This document shows positions 52,001 through 61,200 of a stretch of 64,000 nucleotides of DNA, one piece after another. The translations under genes and the position numbers were made by a program. Where the stretch lies: the IMG/VR virus record IMGVR_UViG_3300042914_002215; one strand, written 5' to 3'. Each line of letters opens with the position of its first letter. Within the stretch, counting starts at the first letter, position 1. The stretch comes from a virus. Below the pieces are notes generated by a model that was given only the letters and a program-made list of their open reading frames with translations, was not told the origin of the DNA and ran no database searches.

Positions 52001-52206
52001 ATGGTGAATATATTACTGTAACAACATACGGCGCAATTAATGTATTAGTTGTGAATGATGGAACAATTACATTTGATAAGTTACAATCAAGTGTTCGTTC
52101 ATTCGTAAATGCAAGTTTTGATACAGCAAATACGGCAAACACAGTAGCACAAGCAGCAGCAACAACAGGAAAGGCAATTGCAATGTCGATTGTATTTGGA
52201 GGCTAA
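46045..52206 (+). CDS. long fibre with AN-heptad coiled-coil shafts
   Basis: IQIKRS..L..GE.A N-domain; long ANxAFxx runs; four tandem C-terminal domains; ends GKAIAMSIVFGG. Confidence 0.8.
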   Translation: MANTTIQIKRSLTTDTPPSLNIGEPAYSYNSNTLFIGSRTDDGAIPIGGWDTYIRGISSYEKLNASYSHANSAFIRANNALNANVGGFISGDVTIAGNLSIIGGQLAANVPIVLIGDNIISLNTAISPSGEPVMNAGIEVDRGAQPNVYLLWNETLERWQFTNDGSTYDDLGGSSASSYANSAFIKANASFDHANAAYTSQNATGQYANAAFIHANSAFIKTNAAFDHANAAFANANGAFASANASFANANGAFAAANAAYIHANSGFIKTNASFDHANSAFIKANAAYESQNATGQYGNSAFIQANSAFIHANAAYQSQNATGNVANSAFFQANAAYQSQNATGQYANAAFTLANGAFIHANSGFIQANAAYQSQNATGNVANAAFANANGAFASANAAFANANGAFAKSNAAYNHANSAFIQTNSSFIHVNSAFGHANAAFIRANNSLNANVGGNVTGDVIVIGNLTSNTLTTTGSNGSITGANAIFTNYIFAANGNVDLYIYSSLAYAQSNAALAAANASFANANGAFAAANAAFANANGAFAAANAAYTHANSGFIHANSAFIQTNAAFDHANSGFIQANASFLHANYAFSNANAGLAMANAAFANANGAFAAANAAYIHANSGFIQTNSAFDHANAAYISQNATGQYANSAFVHANSAYESQNATGQYANAAFLRANNSLDANNGGTVTANVIIAANLTTQNVFVRSYIDLNTAPSAPPRNEGRIFYDNDQKALSYNNESDNTIQLGQETVIRVWNNSGTTIARGKVARIGGDASANGFPAVALAAADVAQNAEVVGVTSTAIANNDYGYVTIHGKIRGLNTSLFTAGQELFLSDTPGEYQTTPPASPSVPMAIGYVTLSDVTDGSILVYSHLMEGKNKTNGAILFGRNGAIDQDPTKLYWDYVNNRLGIDTDNPQANLHVAGDGLFSGNVTITGNLVISNAQTITTDELFVGGNEVILIANNTGSPVLNAAIIVNRGTSPNAYILWDETVNEWIAYEGSGEPGHIILANKTANSWAVYDTFEAYEKEFYPIGANLANSVNEHAKAGFETANIAEQLAIAGFKHANSGFIQANSSYVHANSAYLSQNATGQYANSAFIHANSAYQSQNATGQYANAAFIHANSAFAYANTLAGGAAIDNVARDTANSAGIYANGAQVLANTADSKAVSAGVYANAAFNTGNSAFIQANASFNHANAAFAAANNVFPQVQPAFNTANAAFIHANASFDKANNAEANAQSAGAYANGAYLHANAAFAAANNVFPQVQPAFHTANAAFLQANAGILHAQSAFHHANAGFVQANAAIVHAQSAFTAQNATGTYANSAFIQANAAYADLNTVSIYANTPSYTANSGSVYANSAFAQANLANNNANAASVYANSGFIVANSGFIQANSAFFHANDAFNKANSGYDQANSAAIYANGAFTAANVADAKAVTAGVYANSAFANANGAFAAANAAFANANGAFVSANAAYDTGNGAFIQANSGILHAQSAYDHANAAFNSANNSTKANSAFDHANAAFIVANSGFIQANAGFDHANAAFIRANNSLNANTGGRVTGDIITTGIFRSEAQGGDEGGQIELANAVTNSTLSGNISIDIYQNRLRIFETGGTNRGAFIDLSVAGTGVSSNLLAGSGTGADSFARNTANAAYNHANAAFIKANTGGGGVGNATVQSFQTISDGTSSTYALGYTPTDANAAIFVSVGGIVQTDNVDYVVTTSNSTISFNEAPPLGEVIRAVGFASFNPYFLDVANSAGALVSTFNSVGDGSNTTFSLGFQPATAASVFVTIGGIVQPESAYTTSNVSNTITFGTAPGVGENIRVVGFTKVNPYYVQYISSNVTPSVYETTANGNTASFNIGFNPQIKEALTVTIDGIVQPLSAYSINTTANTITFDANPANGELVRVVTMYTTINPYYNLYIPANVTPQVFETTANGLVNTFVLGWNPVTNTALTVSVDGVLQPPSSYTVSNTSNSITFNTTPLNGEYITVTTYGAINVLVVNDGTITFDKLQSSVRSFVNASFDTANTANTVAQAAATTGKAIAMSIVFGG
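46570..50700 (+). repeat. degenerate 21-nt (7-aa) coding repeats in three runs (~46570-47390, ~47570-48090, ~49240-50700)
   Basis: AN(A/S/G)A(F/Y)xx periodicity. Confidence 0.85.
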
Positions 52207-52209
52207 TCT

Positions 52210-52632
52210 ATGACACAACAAATTACCAGTAATAGAATAGCCAACAATTCGATTACTGTAAACAGTTTTGCTACCAGTTTTGGTGGTTTTGTTTACGACT
52301 TAGATGATATTTCTTATATCACGGATGGAATCACGAACATTTTTCCATTGACTTACAACACTTCAAATGTTTCCGTGCCAAGTCCTTGGAATCTAATGAT
52401 TTCCATAAATGGTTTATTGCAGTCTGCATATGCTAATACATATGAGTCGGTTTGGCTAAGTTACATTTCATCAGCAGCAAAAGGTTATACATTAGACAGT
52501 AGCGGAGGTGTAAGATTTGCCGATCCACCTCCAGCAGGTTCGGATGTAACGATTAGACTTGTTCCTGGCACACCAGCAGCAAATGCTAAAGTTTACCCGT
52601 TTAGACCCACGGATATTCTGATGGGTTACTAA
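52210..52632 (+). CDS. fibre linker protein ending YPFRPTDILMGY
   Basis: short IA..SIT start; DG....F.L...F..PP..G.D domain. Confidence 0.6.
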   Translation: MTQQITSNRIANNSITVNSFATSFGGFVYDLDDISYITDGITNIFPLTYNTSNVSVPSPWNLMISINGLLQSAYANTYESVWLSYISSAAKGYTLDSSGGVRFADPPPAGSDVTIRLVPGTPAANAKVYPFRPTDILMGY

Positions 52633-52688
52633 TACTAAATAGTAGAGATTTTTAAAAAACCAACACTTCCCAATATTTTGGAGTCAAA

Positions 52689-55600
52689 ATGGCTAGAAAA
52701 GCAATTATAGACACATATTACTCGTTCACACCGTCAACAAGAACGATTGTGTTTAATCAAGTGATTCAGCGTGAACGCTTTGTTCTAATTACAAACGTCA
52801 CTACGAATCAAGTAATATATAATTTTTCAGATCCTAATCTGAAGCTGACTTCTCATACAATCAGTCAGAACACGACAAGCGGTGTGTCAACAACAACAAT
52901 TGTGTTGCAGTATAATACAACTGCGATGTCGTCTACCGATAAACTTCAAGTTGTAGTTGATGAATATGCTGAAGTATTTGAACCGGATGAACTTTATACT
53001 GATCCAGTAAATAAATTCCGTGTGTCTCAGCCACAGTCTATGATCGATACAGACTTTGAATATGGTACACAAGCAACAAAATGGGAAACACTTTCTTTGG
53101 TAAATAACAGAGCATTTGCATATGCGAATGTGGCGGCTAACTCTGACGTTTCTGTTGGTGGTCCAATTAATGTTTCGGCTATTACAGTAAATTCTAATTC
53201 TAGTTTTGTTACTGTTTACACTCCAAATCCTCCAATTGTAAATACTCCAATTTTTATTACTGACACGGCTTGGGGTCCTGCTGATGGTACATATGTTGTT
53301 GATGCAGTTTTTTCTGGTTTAGGATTTAGATATACAGCAAAACAACGTTATCAAGCAACTCTTGGAGTAACAACTGGTCTGAACATTAATATTCCAGGTG
53401 TGTCACAAGTTGCTAACGGTTCAGTATTTACACGTTCAAATATCGCCATTTCTAATATCAACTTCACTGGCGTTTTTGCAAATGGTATTGTAAGAACTGT
53501 TCAGCCTCATGGCTTATCATTGGGTAATGAAATTATTCTTCAAGGAACGGTAGCAGCAACATCTGGCGCACCTAATGGTACATTTACCATCACTGGTGTT
53601 TATTCGAATACAGAATTTAGAATTGATTCTAATGTTGCACCTGTAAGTGCAACCGGTATCAATTCTGGTGGTTTTGCAAATCTATTCTCTTCAGGCCGTT
53701 CAACAGTTGTACATCGTGCTTACGATGGTGGTGTTGAGTTTAGCACAGCAGCAGAAGGTCACAACAATCAACTAATTCGCCAAACACGCCGTTATTTCCG
53801 TTATCAGTCTGGTAAAGGCATTCAAATGTCAACTGGCACTTTGATGAAACCTTCAATTCGTTTAGATAGTATTACAAGTTCAGGTGTAACCGTAACAGTA
53901 AAAACGAAAGAGCCTCATTTCTTAGATACTAATACATCTATTACAATTACTGGTTGCAATGAAAGTGCATACAATGGAACATTTACAATTAGTGAGGTTC
54001 TAGATCCTTATACACTTCGTTATATTGCTGGTAGCACACCTTCATCAGCAACAGCAACAGGACTATACTTCTTATCGGTAAATGGTTGGTACGGTGCATC
54101 GAATCGTGTTGGTATGTTTGATGATCAAAATGGTATCTTCTTTGAATTTGATGGACAACAACTATACGCAGTTCGTCGTTCTTCAACAAGACAGCTATCA
54201 GGATTCATCAGTGCTAACGTTGCAAACACACAAATAGATGGCGTATCTGTGAATGGTGTAACTACTAAGTTTGCATCTGAACTTGATGTTGGAGATTATA
54301 TTGTAATTAAAGGTATGTCGTATCGTGTTATTGAAATTAATTCTGACTCAAGATTACATGTGTCTCCTGCATACAGAGGTAATACCCAAATTCTACAAGG
54401 CGTGACTGCTAAAACGATTGACTTCAAGATCCCACAATCGCAGTGGAATTTAGATCGTTGTGATGGCACCGGTCCTTCAGGATTTAATCTTGATCTACGT
54501 AAAATGCAAATGTTTTATCTAGATTATTCTTGGTATGGCGCAGGTTTTGTTCGTTGGGGATTCCGTGGCGCAGATGGTAATATCATTTACTGCCATAAAA
54601 TGATAAACAATAATGTAAATTATGAAGCATATATGCGTTCCGGTAATTTACCAGGTCGTTATGAAACCAATACTTTTGCGCCTAGAACAAAAGTTCAAGC
54701 AACTATCAATGCAGGTGATACATCAGTAAATGTTGCGAATGCATCAGCTTTTCCGACTTCAGGAACTTTGTGGATAACAAATGGCGCTGGTCTAAGTGAG
54801 TTCGTAAATTACAATGGTGTAACTAACAGTTCACCAACAGGTTGGACATTTAATAATCTTGTTCGTGGACAGCCGGGTGCTACAATCAACTGTATTATGA
54901 GCACTTCAAATTCAGTGTTGAATCTTGTTTCAGGACAAACAACAACAGGAATTCAACTTGGTATGTTCGTGCAAAGTGCAAACGTTCCACAAGTTGCTCA
55001 AGTTGTTAGTATCAATCCTAACGTTTCAATTCAATTATCTCAAGCACCACAGATTGGTGGAACTGGTTTAGTAACATTTATTCCTATGGGTAATGTTGCT
55101 CAAACATTTACATACAGTGCTACTTCACCAACATACGCTGAGTTACATGCACCTGGATATGCGCCACGTATTGCACATTGGGGCACATCAGTAATTATGG
55201 ATGGTCGTTATGATGACGATAAATCATTCGTGTTTACGCAGGGTATGAGAGGCGGTTTATCTGTTCCTGCCGGACAACGTATGGCTCTTCAGAGTTTCCG
55301 TGTCGCACCTTCAGTGAATAATGGTGTTCCTGGTTCAGCTTTAGGTGATCGTGAAGTTGTTAATCGTATGCAAATGGTTCTTCGTCAGCTCGACTTGTTA
55401 TCAGGCGGTCAGTTCTTGATTGAAGTTGTTCTGAATGGTTCCACAGCAAATGCTGCACCAGTTTGGCAAAACGTTGGTGGTTCAAGTCTTACTCAGTATG
55501 TTAATCATGCAGTGAATACACGAATTGACGGTGGTGAAGTTATCTACGGCTTCTTCACAAACTCTTCTGGTGGTGCATCCAACTTGACTACAACTTCTAT

Positions 55601-55775
55601 GGACTTACCTCTGGTTCGTGATATGGGTAATAGCATTCTTGGAGGAGGAACAAATGATCCAACAAGAGGTTTCTTCCCAGATGGACCAGATATAGTGACA
55701 ATTGTTGCTCGTAACGTTGGTACGGCAGCGGCGTCGGTATTCTCACGACTTTCATGGACAGAAGCACAAGCATAA
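52689..55775 (+). CDS. large virion/fibre structural protein
   Basis: LITNVT.NQ.IYNFSDP, DPVNKFRVS.PQS.IDTDFEYG, RQTRRYFRYQSGKG, WYGAG, LSW.EAQA; ACTAAATA at 52634. Confidence 0.75.
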   Translation: MARKAIIDTYYSFTPSTRTIVFNQVIQRERFVLITNVTTNQVIYNFSDPNLKLTSHTISQNTTSGVSTTTIVLQYNTTAMSSTDKLQVVVDEYAEVFEPDELYTDPVNKFRVSQPQSMIDTDFEYGTQATKWETLSLVNNRAFAYANVAANSDVSVGGPINVSAITVNSNSSFVTVYTPNPPIVNTPIFITDTAWGPADGTYVVDAVFSGLGFRYTAKQRYQATLGVTTGLNINIPGVSQVANGSVFTRSNIAISNINFTGVFANGIVRTVQPHGLSLGNEIILQGTVAATSGAPNGTFTITGVYSNTEFRIDSNVAPVSATGINSGGFANLFSSGRSTVVHRAYDGGVEFSTAAEGHNNQLIRQTRRYFRYQSGKGIQMSTGTLMKPSIRLDSITSSGVTVTVKTKEPHFLDTNTSITITGCNESAYNGTFTISEVLDPYTLRYIAGSTPSSATATGLYFLSVNGWYGASNRVGMFDDQNGIFFEFDGQQLYAVRRSSTRQLSGFISANVANTQIDGVSVNGVTTKFASELDVGDYIVIKGMSYRVIEINSDSRLHVSPAYRGNTQILQGVTAKTIDFKIPQSQWNLDRCDGTGPSGFNLDLRKMQMFYLDYSWYGAGFVRWGFRGADGNIIYCHKMINNNVNYEAYMRSGNLPGRYETNTFAPRTKVQATINAGDTSVNVANASAFPTSGTLWITNGAGLSEFVNYNGVTNSSPTGWTFNNLVRGQPGATINCIMSTSNSVLNLVSGQTTTGIQLGMFVQSANVPQVAQVVSINPNVSIQLSQAPQIGGTGLVTFIPMGNVAQTFTYSATSPTYAELHAPGYAPRIAHWGTSVIMDGRYDDDKSFVFTQGMRGGLSVPAGQRMALQSFRVAPSVNNGVPGSALGDREVVNRMQMVLRQLDLLSGGQFLIEVVLNGSTANAAPVWQNVGGSSLTQYVNHAVNTRIDGGEVIYGFFTNSSGGASNLTTTSMDLPLVRDMGNSILGGGTNDPTRGFFPDGPDIVTIVARNVGTAAASVFSRLSWTEAQA

Positions 55776-56420
55776 ATGCAAACAGTTACTACATTACCAA
55801 TACTGCAAACCGTTAGTGATTCACAAGATCACTATATCGGTTTGCAGCCCGCAATTGGTGGAAAAACAACGGCAGAGTATGTCAATCGCAATCTGTCGTT
55901 CAATCCTGCATCAAACACTCTGAACATTGGAGTTAATGTTCAATTTCTGCCTAATGCTGTGAGTGGTGCAGCAATTGCTGATGGTGGTATCACTTCATCA
56001 AAAATTGGTGCGCTTACACGACTAATTGAACAGGCAAAAATAATTCCAGGCACAACGGGTGGTAATGTAAACATTGATTTATTGGAAGCGACAGTATATT
56101 ATCTCACTGGATTTCCAAGTGCTAATTTGACATTCAATCTTCGTGGAAGTTCTTCAAGAAGATTAGATGAATTGTTAAATCCTGGCCAATCAATCAGCAC
56201 TGTATTTTTGATATCTCAAAATGTGAATCAATATGCAGCAAATATATCTATTGACGGGATTTATCAAGCAGCAAATACAAGATATCTTGGTAATTCAAAG
56301 CCAGGATTTGCAACTCTAACGGGTAATCCAATCATTGATGTGTATTCAATAGTGACATTAAAAGTTGGCGCAAACGCATACACTGTGTTAAGTTCTAATA
56401 CTGCTTTCGGAACAGGTTAA
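55776..56420 (+). CDS. fibre stalk plus fused adaptor domain
   Basis: LSFNPAS knob; C-domain paralogous to 38094/39978. Confidence 0.65.
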   Translation: MQTVTTLPILQTVSDSQDHYIGLQPAIGGKTTAEYVNRNLSFNPASNTLNIGVNVQFLPNAVSGAAIADGGITSSKIGALTRLIEQAKIIPGTTGGNVNIDLLEATVYYLTGFPSANLTFNLRGSSSRRLDELLNPGQSISTVFLISQNVNQYAANISIDGIYQAANTRYLGNSKPGFATLTGNPIIDVYSIVTLKVGANAYTVLSSNTAFGTG

Positions 56421-56421
56421 T

Positions 56422-56595
56422 ATGCCAGAACAAAAAGTTGAATCGGGTCGTATAGCAACAGGTGCAGTCACTACAGACAAGATTGCGCCTCTTGCTATTA
56501 CAGGTAATCTTATTGCAAACAACGCTGTCAGTGGAAACAATATTGTTTCACCTCCGGATATTTTCGATGATGCACTTTTATTTGGTGGTATGTAA
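56422..56595 (+). CDS. 57-aa mini-stalk ending FDDALLFGGM (not in ORF track)
   Basis: MPEQKVESGRIATGAVTTDKIAPLAITGNLIANNAVSGNNIVSPPDIFDDALLFGGM*; fills the gap exactly. Confidence 0.8.
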   Translation: MPEQKVESGRIATGAVTTDKIAPLAITGNLIANNAVSGNNIVSPPDIFDDALLFGGM

Positions 56596-56822
56596 TGATA
56601 CAAAAAGTTAGAACGAGTTTAATTGCAGATCAAGCAGTTGATGGTAATAACATGGGTGTTCGTGCTGTTAGTGCGAATAATATAGCACTCGGTGCTATTA
56701 CAGGCAATCTTATTTCAACAAGTGCAGTCAGTTCAAACAACATTGCTAACGGTTCTATCACTAACGACAAATTGTCTGAGCCGAACGCATTTGAAGATTA
56801 CTTTCTAATGGGTGGTTTGTAA
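56595..56822 (+). CDS. mini-stalk ending FEDYFLMGGL
   Basis: decad repeats plus conserved C-terminal peptide. Confidence 0.75.
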   Translation: MIQKVRTSLIADQAVDGNNMGVRAVSANNIALGAITGNLISTSAVSSNNIANGSITNDKLSEPNAFEDYFLMGGL

Positions 56823-59386
56823 TGGGTTTAAAAAGGTACACCGTAGCAAGCATCACTAATCAAAGATTCACTGTTCGTGGATTTGGTGGAGGTGCTATCA
56901 CACCTGCTGCACCAGTCGTTACGAATACTGCTATACAAATATTTACGGAAAGTAGTGCATGGGTGGCACCACCTGGTGTAACATCAGTTGAATATCTTGT
57001 TGTTGCTGGTGGAGGAGGTGCAGGTTTTAATCACTCGGGTGGTGGCGGTGGAGGTGGTTATCGTGCAGGTACTGGTTTATTTGTAACAGCAAATCAAACG
57101 TATACAATTGTTGTTGGTGGTGGTGGCACAGGAGGTTCTTCTGCTGGCAACAGAGGAGGAAACGGCTCAAATTCTGGAATTTATGGAACTGCTCCTTTTT
57201 CAGCCCTATGGTCAACTGGAGGAGGAGGTGGAGGAAACAGACACGATGGGACTCAAGCTCCAGCACAACATGGGAACTCTGGCGGTTCTGGAGGTGGTGG
57301 TGGTGGCGAAGATATTTCCGGCGCCGGAAATGGTGGTTCTGGTACGCCTGGCCAGGGATTTTCTGGTGGAAATGGTATAAATGGAAACTCTTTGGCATCA
57401 GGCGGCGGTGGTGGTGGCGCAGGCGCAGCTGGATTAAACGCTGCACCATCTTTAGGAGGTAACGGTGGTATAGGTATTTTTTCCACAATTACCGGTGCAA
57501 ATGTAGGATACGCTGGTGGTGGTGGCGGTGGTGGAATGGGGACCGGAGGTTTAGGAGCATTTTCGTTTGGTGGAGCAAATGGACATATATTAACTAATTC
57601 TACTGGCTCATCTGGAAATGTAAATCTTGGAGGTGGTGGTGGAGGCACTGGACCTTCAACTAATCCATCGGGAACAGGTGGTGCTGGCGGTTCTGGTATT
57701 GTTGTTCTCAAATACACATTTGGTGATGCTACAAATCAAACATTTGTCTTTGCAAATACAGGACAATTTAGAGTACCTGATGGAATCACAACAATTGATT
57801 ATCTGTTAGTTGCAGGTGGAGGTGGAGGAGGTTCTCAATCTGGCGGTGGCGGTGGCGGTGGTGGTGTTCTTGTTGGTACAGGATATCCCGTAGGACCAAA
57901 TCAATTATACACTATTCAAGTTGGTGCGGGAGGTTCTGGTGTGCCTTCCGTAGCGCCGGGCGGCGGCTCTTTTTCTGGAAATAATGGAACGAATACTGTT
58001 TTCTCAACAGGTAACACAGCAAATTCTGCTTTATTTACCGCTGTAGGAGGCGGTGGTGGTGGAAGAACAACTGCAAATGGAGCAAATGGCGGTTCGGGTG
58101 GTGGAGCAGGTAGTTCTTCTATAAGTGCTCGTTTGGGTGGTACAGGTACACCAGGACAAGGATATGATGGTGGAAATAATATAGTTTCTGGAACAACCAA
58201 TTTTATGGCTGGCGGCGGTGGTGGTGGTGCTGGTGTTAAAGGTGGAGATTCTTTTTGGATTAGTAGTCCAAATACTATAGCTAGTGGTAATGGTGGTAAT
58301 GGTATTTTTTCAACAATCACAGGAACATCTGTCGCTTATGGTGATGGTGGTGGCGGTGGTTCATATAATCGTGGTGCTCCTATAGGACCGGGCTATACAT
58401 ACTATTCTTCCGGTGGATATGGTTCAGGTGGTGCGGGAGGTGTAAATTTAGAAGCAAATGGAACGGACGCTATTGTTTCCACTGGCTCTGGTGGTGGTGG
58501 AGGTGGTTTAGCAGGTACTTTGCCAGCTGGTAAATCTGGTTCAGGCAGTTCGGGTATAGCAGTCATCAAAATATCAGCAGTACAAAATAAGATTGCAGTG
58601 TTCTCCAACACAGCAACATGGAATGTTCCAACAGGTGTAACTGCCGTTGATTATGTTGTCGTGGGTGGAGGTGGAGGTGGTGCATCTGGAGGTGGTGGCG
58701 CTGGTGGATATAGAACAGGAGCAAGTTTTCCAGTAACGCCAGGAACATTAATGACGGTTACTGTTGGTGCTGGCGGTGCAGGTGGTATTGCAACAAGTCC
58801 TGCTATGACACCCGCATCAAACGGAACAGACTCCATTTTCTCAACAATCACATCAGCTGGTGGTGGAGGTGGTGCTGGCTATCCATCAAACTCGGGCAGA
58901 AGTGGTGGCTCCGGTGGAGGTGGTGCAACAAGTGGTCCGAATCAACAAGGTGGCCAGGGTAATTGGTGGTCAAGTAATAACTCATTCTCAGGAATTTCAC
59001 CAGCACAAGGAACAAGTGGAGGCTCTGGTTACGGATATTTTGGTGTAGCTGGTGGCGGTGGCGGTGGCGCAGGTGCAAATGGTGCAAGTGCAGTCGTAGA
59101 CTTAACAAATGTTGCTGGAGCGGGTGGTATCGGCACACCATCAACTATAACAGGATCGGCAGTATATTATGCTGGTGGCGGCGGTGGTGGTGCATCAAAT
59201 GGTTCACCGGGCGCCACAGCAGCAGCAGGAGGTCTTGGTGGTGGCGGTAATGGTTCTAGTGCTGCTGCGCCAGTAGGAGGTAGTAATGGTGGCGCAGGTT
59301 TAGGCGGCGGTGGTGGCGGTTCAGGCACACCTGGAACAGTTGGCGGCTCTGGTGGTGGCGGAGTTGTCATTCTCAAATGGACATAA
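56822..59386 (+). CDS. glycine-rich tip protein, three tandem domains (paralog of 41960)
   Basis: near-identical linkers and C-terminus VILKWT. Confidence 0.75.
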   Translation: MGLKRYTVASITNQRFTVRGFGGGAITPAAPVVTNTAIQIFTESSAWVAPPGVTSVEYLVVAGGGGAGFNHSGGGGGGGYRAGTGLFVTANQTYTIVVGGGGTGGSSAGNRGGNGSNSGIYGTAPFSALWSTGGGGGGNRHDGTQAPAQHGNSGGSGGGGGGEDISGAGNGGSGTPGQGFSGGNGINGNSLASGGGGGGAGAAGLNAAPSLGGNGGIGIFSTITGANVGYAGGGGGGGMGTGGLGAFSFGGANGHILTNSTGSSGNVNLGGGGGGTGPSTNPSGTGGAGGSGIVVLKYTFGDATNQTFVFANTGQFRVPDGITTIDYLLVAGGGGGGSQSGGGGGGGGVLVGTGYPVGPNQLYTIQVGAGGSGVPSVAPGGGSFSGNNGTNTVFSTGNTANSALFTAVGGGGGGRTTANGANGGSGGGAGSSSISARLGGTGTPGQGYDGGNNIVSGTTNFMAGGGGGGAGVKGGDSFWISSPNTIASGNGGNGIFSTITGTSVAYGDGGGGGSYNRGAPIGPGYTYYSSGGYGSGGAGGVNLEANGTDAIVSTGSGGGGGGLAGTLPAGKSGSGSSGIAVIKISAVQNKIAVFSNTATWNVPTGVTAVDYVVVGGGGGGASGGGGAGGYRTGASFPVTPGTLMTVTVGAGGAGGIATSPAMTPASNGTDSIFSTITSAGGGGGAGYPSNSGRSGGSGGGGATSGPNQQGGQGNWWSSNNSFSGISPAQGTSGGSGYGYFGVAGGGGGGAGANGASAVVDLTNVAGAGGIGTPSTITGSAVYYAGGGGGGASNGSPGATAAAGGLGGGGNGSSAAAPVGGSNGGAGLGGGGGGSGTPGTVGGSGGGGVVILKWT

Positions 59387-59412
59387 AATAAATACGAACA
59401 AAAGAGACAGCA

Positions 59413-59619
59413 ATGGTAGATATCGTAAGAGTAGGTTCAAATCGTATAGCAAATAGTTCAGTGACAGGCAATAAAATTGCTGATAACTCTATTCGTGCTA
59501 ACAATATCGTTGCTGGACAAATTACAGGCAATCTAATTGCCGATAATACAGTTACAAATTCAAATCTTTCAGAGCCAAACGCTTTTGAAGATTACTTTTT
59601 ATTAGGTCTAGGCTCATAA
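59413..59619 (+). CDS. mini-stalk ending FEDYFLLGLGS
   Basis: decad repeats; AATAAATA at 59387. Confidence 0.75.
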   Translation: MVDIVRVGSNRIANSSVTGNKIADNSIRANNIVAGQITGNLIADNTVTNSNLSEPNAFEDYFLLGLGS

Positions 59620-59628
59620 GGAAAAAAA

Positions 59629-59958
59629 ATGCCAAGAAGATATGCTATTTTAGGACAAATTAACCCATCAGCAAATACACTTGCAACTTTATATCAAGTG
59701 CCAGCAGGTAATTCTGCTGTTATTTCTTCAATCAATATTGCAAATCTTGATGCTAATGCTGCTGCTTTTAGTATTGCTGCTAATGTATCTGGTATTGCAA
59801 CTGCTAATGCAAACTATCTTGCATGGCGTGTTTCTGTGCCAGGCAATGATTCAATTGCATTGAGTTTGGGTGTGACACTTAATGCATCATCGTATTTGTC
59901 TGTTAATGCTAATACATCAACAGTTACTTTCTCAGCTTTTGGCACAGAACTCTACTAA
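59629..59958 (+). CDS. ~110-aa fibre adaptor (YKILGQ type)
   Basis: paralog of 33501 and 35361. Confidence 0.7.
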   Translation: MPRRYAILGQINPSANTLATLYQVPAGNSAVISSINIANLDANAAAFSIAANVSGIATANANYLAWRVSVPGNDSIALSLGVTLNASSYLSVNANTSTVTFSAFGTELY

Positions 59959-61184
59959 TGCCAATCCGTAAGTTTACTAATGGTCGTTTCAGCGTAAAAC
60001 GATTCACTGCACCAGGTGCAGGAAGTTCTGCTTCATTTCCGCCTACTTGGGTTACAGCGAATGGTTCACTGGGAATTGTATCAAGAAATTCGGCGTTTAC
60101 ACCTGCCACAGTTACCGCAATTTCTTCCGGATCAATCATCTATGCGGTTTCTTCAGGAACATTGCCTGAAGGATTGTATTTAGGATCATCTAATGGAACT
60201 ATTTTTGGAACATACTCTTTAGCACCAAAACCGAATACTGGAAATAGTTTAATTAAAAATTTTAATGTTAGAGCAACAGATACTTCTTCAGGATTATTCA
60301 GTGATGCATCTTTTTCGATTAATACAATTAATGAATTTGTTACCACTGTAAATTTTTCTTATACAGGCGCAGATCAACTTTATACTTTACCTCCAAATGT
60401 TAATTGGGTTAGAGCACAGTTGTGGGGTGCGGGTGGAGGAAATTGGAGAGCAACAACAGGCGCAGGAGGATATACAGAAGCTATAGTTTCAGTTCCTTCT
60501 GGAGTTAATACAATGAATGTTATTGTTGGTGGTGCGGGAGGAAATTATAATGGTGGTTATGGTGGAGGAGGATTCTCAAACGTAGACGGTGGTAGTGGTG
60601 GCGGTGGTGGCGGTGGTAGAAGTGCAATTCGATTTGCTTCTCCTGGAAATCCTTTTGTTGAAGTTTTAACTGCTGGTGGAGGTGGTGGTTCTGGTTTAGG
60701 TGGTAATTCTGGTGGTGGCGGTGGCGGTTTAACAGGTTTACCCGGAAATGGTCCGGCAGCGGGTACTGGAGGAACACAGAGTACGGGTGGTGCTGGAGGC
60801 ACAGGAAGCGGTGGAACAGCAGGATCAGGATCACAATTTCAAGGAGGAACTTCCACTGGCGGCTTCTCAGGCGGTGGCGGTGGCGGTGGTTATTATGGTG
60901 GTGGTGGTGCTTCAGGTGTGCCTACACAGCATCATGGTGGTGGTGGCGGTTCTGGATTCATTGGAACAAATGGATCAACTGCATTACCTGGAAACGAACA
61001 AGGATCGTTTAGCACTTTTGGAGATACAACTCCAAGATTTGATTCAGTTCGTGCCGTTTATTATGAATACACAAGATGTTTGAGAGGTGGTACAGCTAAT
61101 AGTGCTGCTGCATATTCTGGTCCAGGTTATTCACCTGGAACTGGAGGGTCTGGACAAAACGGTTACGTGTCAGTTTCTTGGTAA
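59958..61184 (+). CDS. putative Ig domain plus glycine-rich tip protein
   Basis: SGTLPEGL.L....G.I.GT...F.VRATD (He_PIG-like), then FSYTGADQ...LWGAGGG Gly-rich domain. Confidence 0.7.
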   Translation: MPIRKFTNGRFSVKRFTAPGAGSSASFPPTWVTANGSLGIVSRNSAFTPATVTAISSGSIIYAVSSGTLPEGLYLGSSNGTIFGTYSLAPKPNTGNSLIKNFNVRATDTSSGLFSDASFSINTINEFVTTVNFSYTGADQLYTLPPNVNWVRAQLWGAGGGNWRATTGAGGYTEAIVSVPSGVNTMNVIVGGAGGNYNGGYGGGGFSNVDGGSGGGGGGGRSAIRFASPGNPFVEVLTAGGGGGSGLGGNSGGGGGGLTGLPGNGPAAGTGGTQSTGGAGGTGSGGTAGSGSQFQGGTSTGGFSGGGGGGGYYGGGGASGVPTQHHGGGGGSGFIGTNGSTALPGNEQGSFSTFGDTTPRFDSVRAVYYEYTRCLRGGTANSAAAYSGPGYSPGTGGSGQNGYVSVSW

Positions 61185-61200
61185 TTTAAAAGGAAAAATT

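Noticed and set aside
34644-60834. Many Pro- or His-rich antisense and alternate-frame ORFs
   Set aside because: Shadows of GGT-rich glycine codons on the coding strand
33855-61184. Diversity-generating retroelement or invertase shufflon acting on the tips
   Set aside because: No reverse transcriptase, recombinase or inverted cassettes in the window; paralog differences are not adenine-specific
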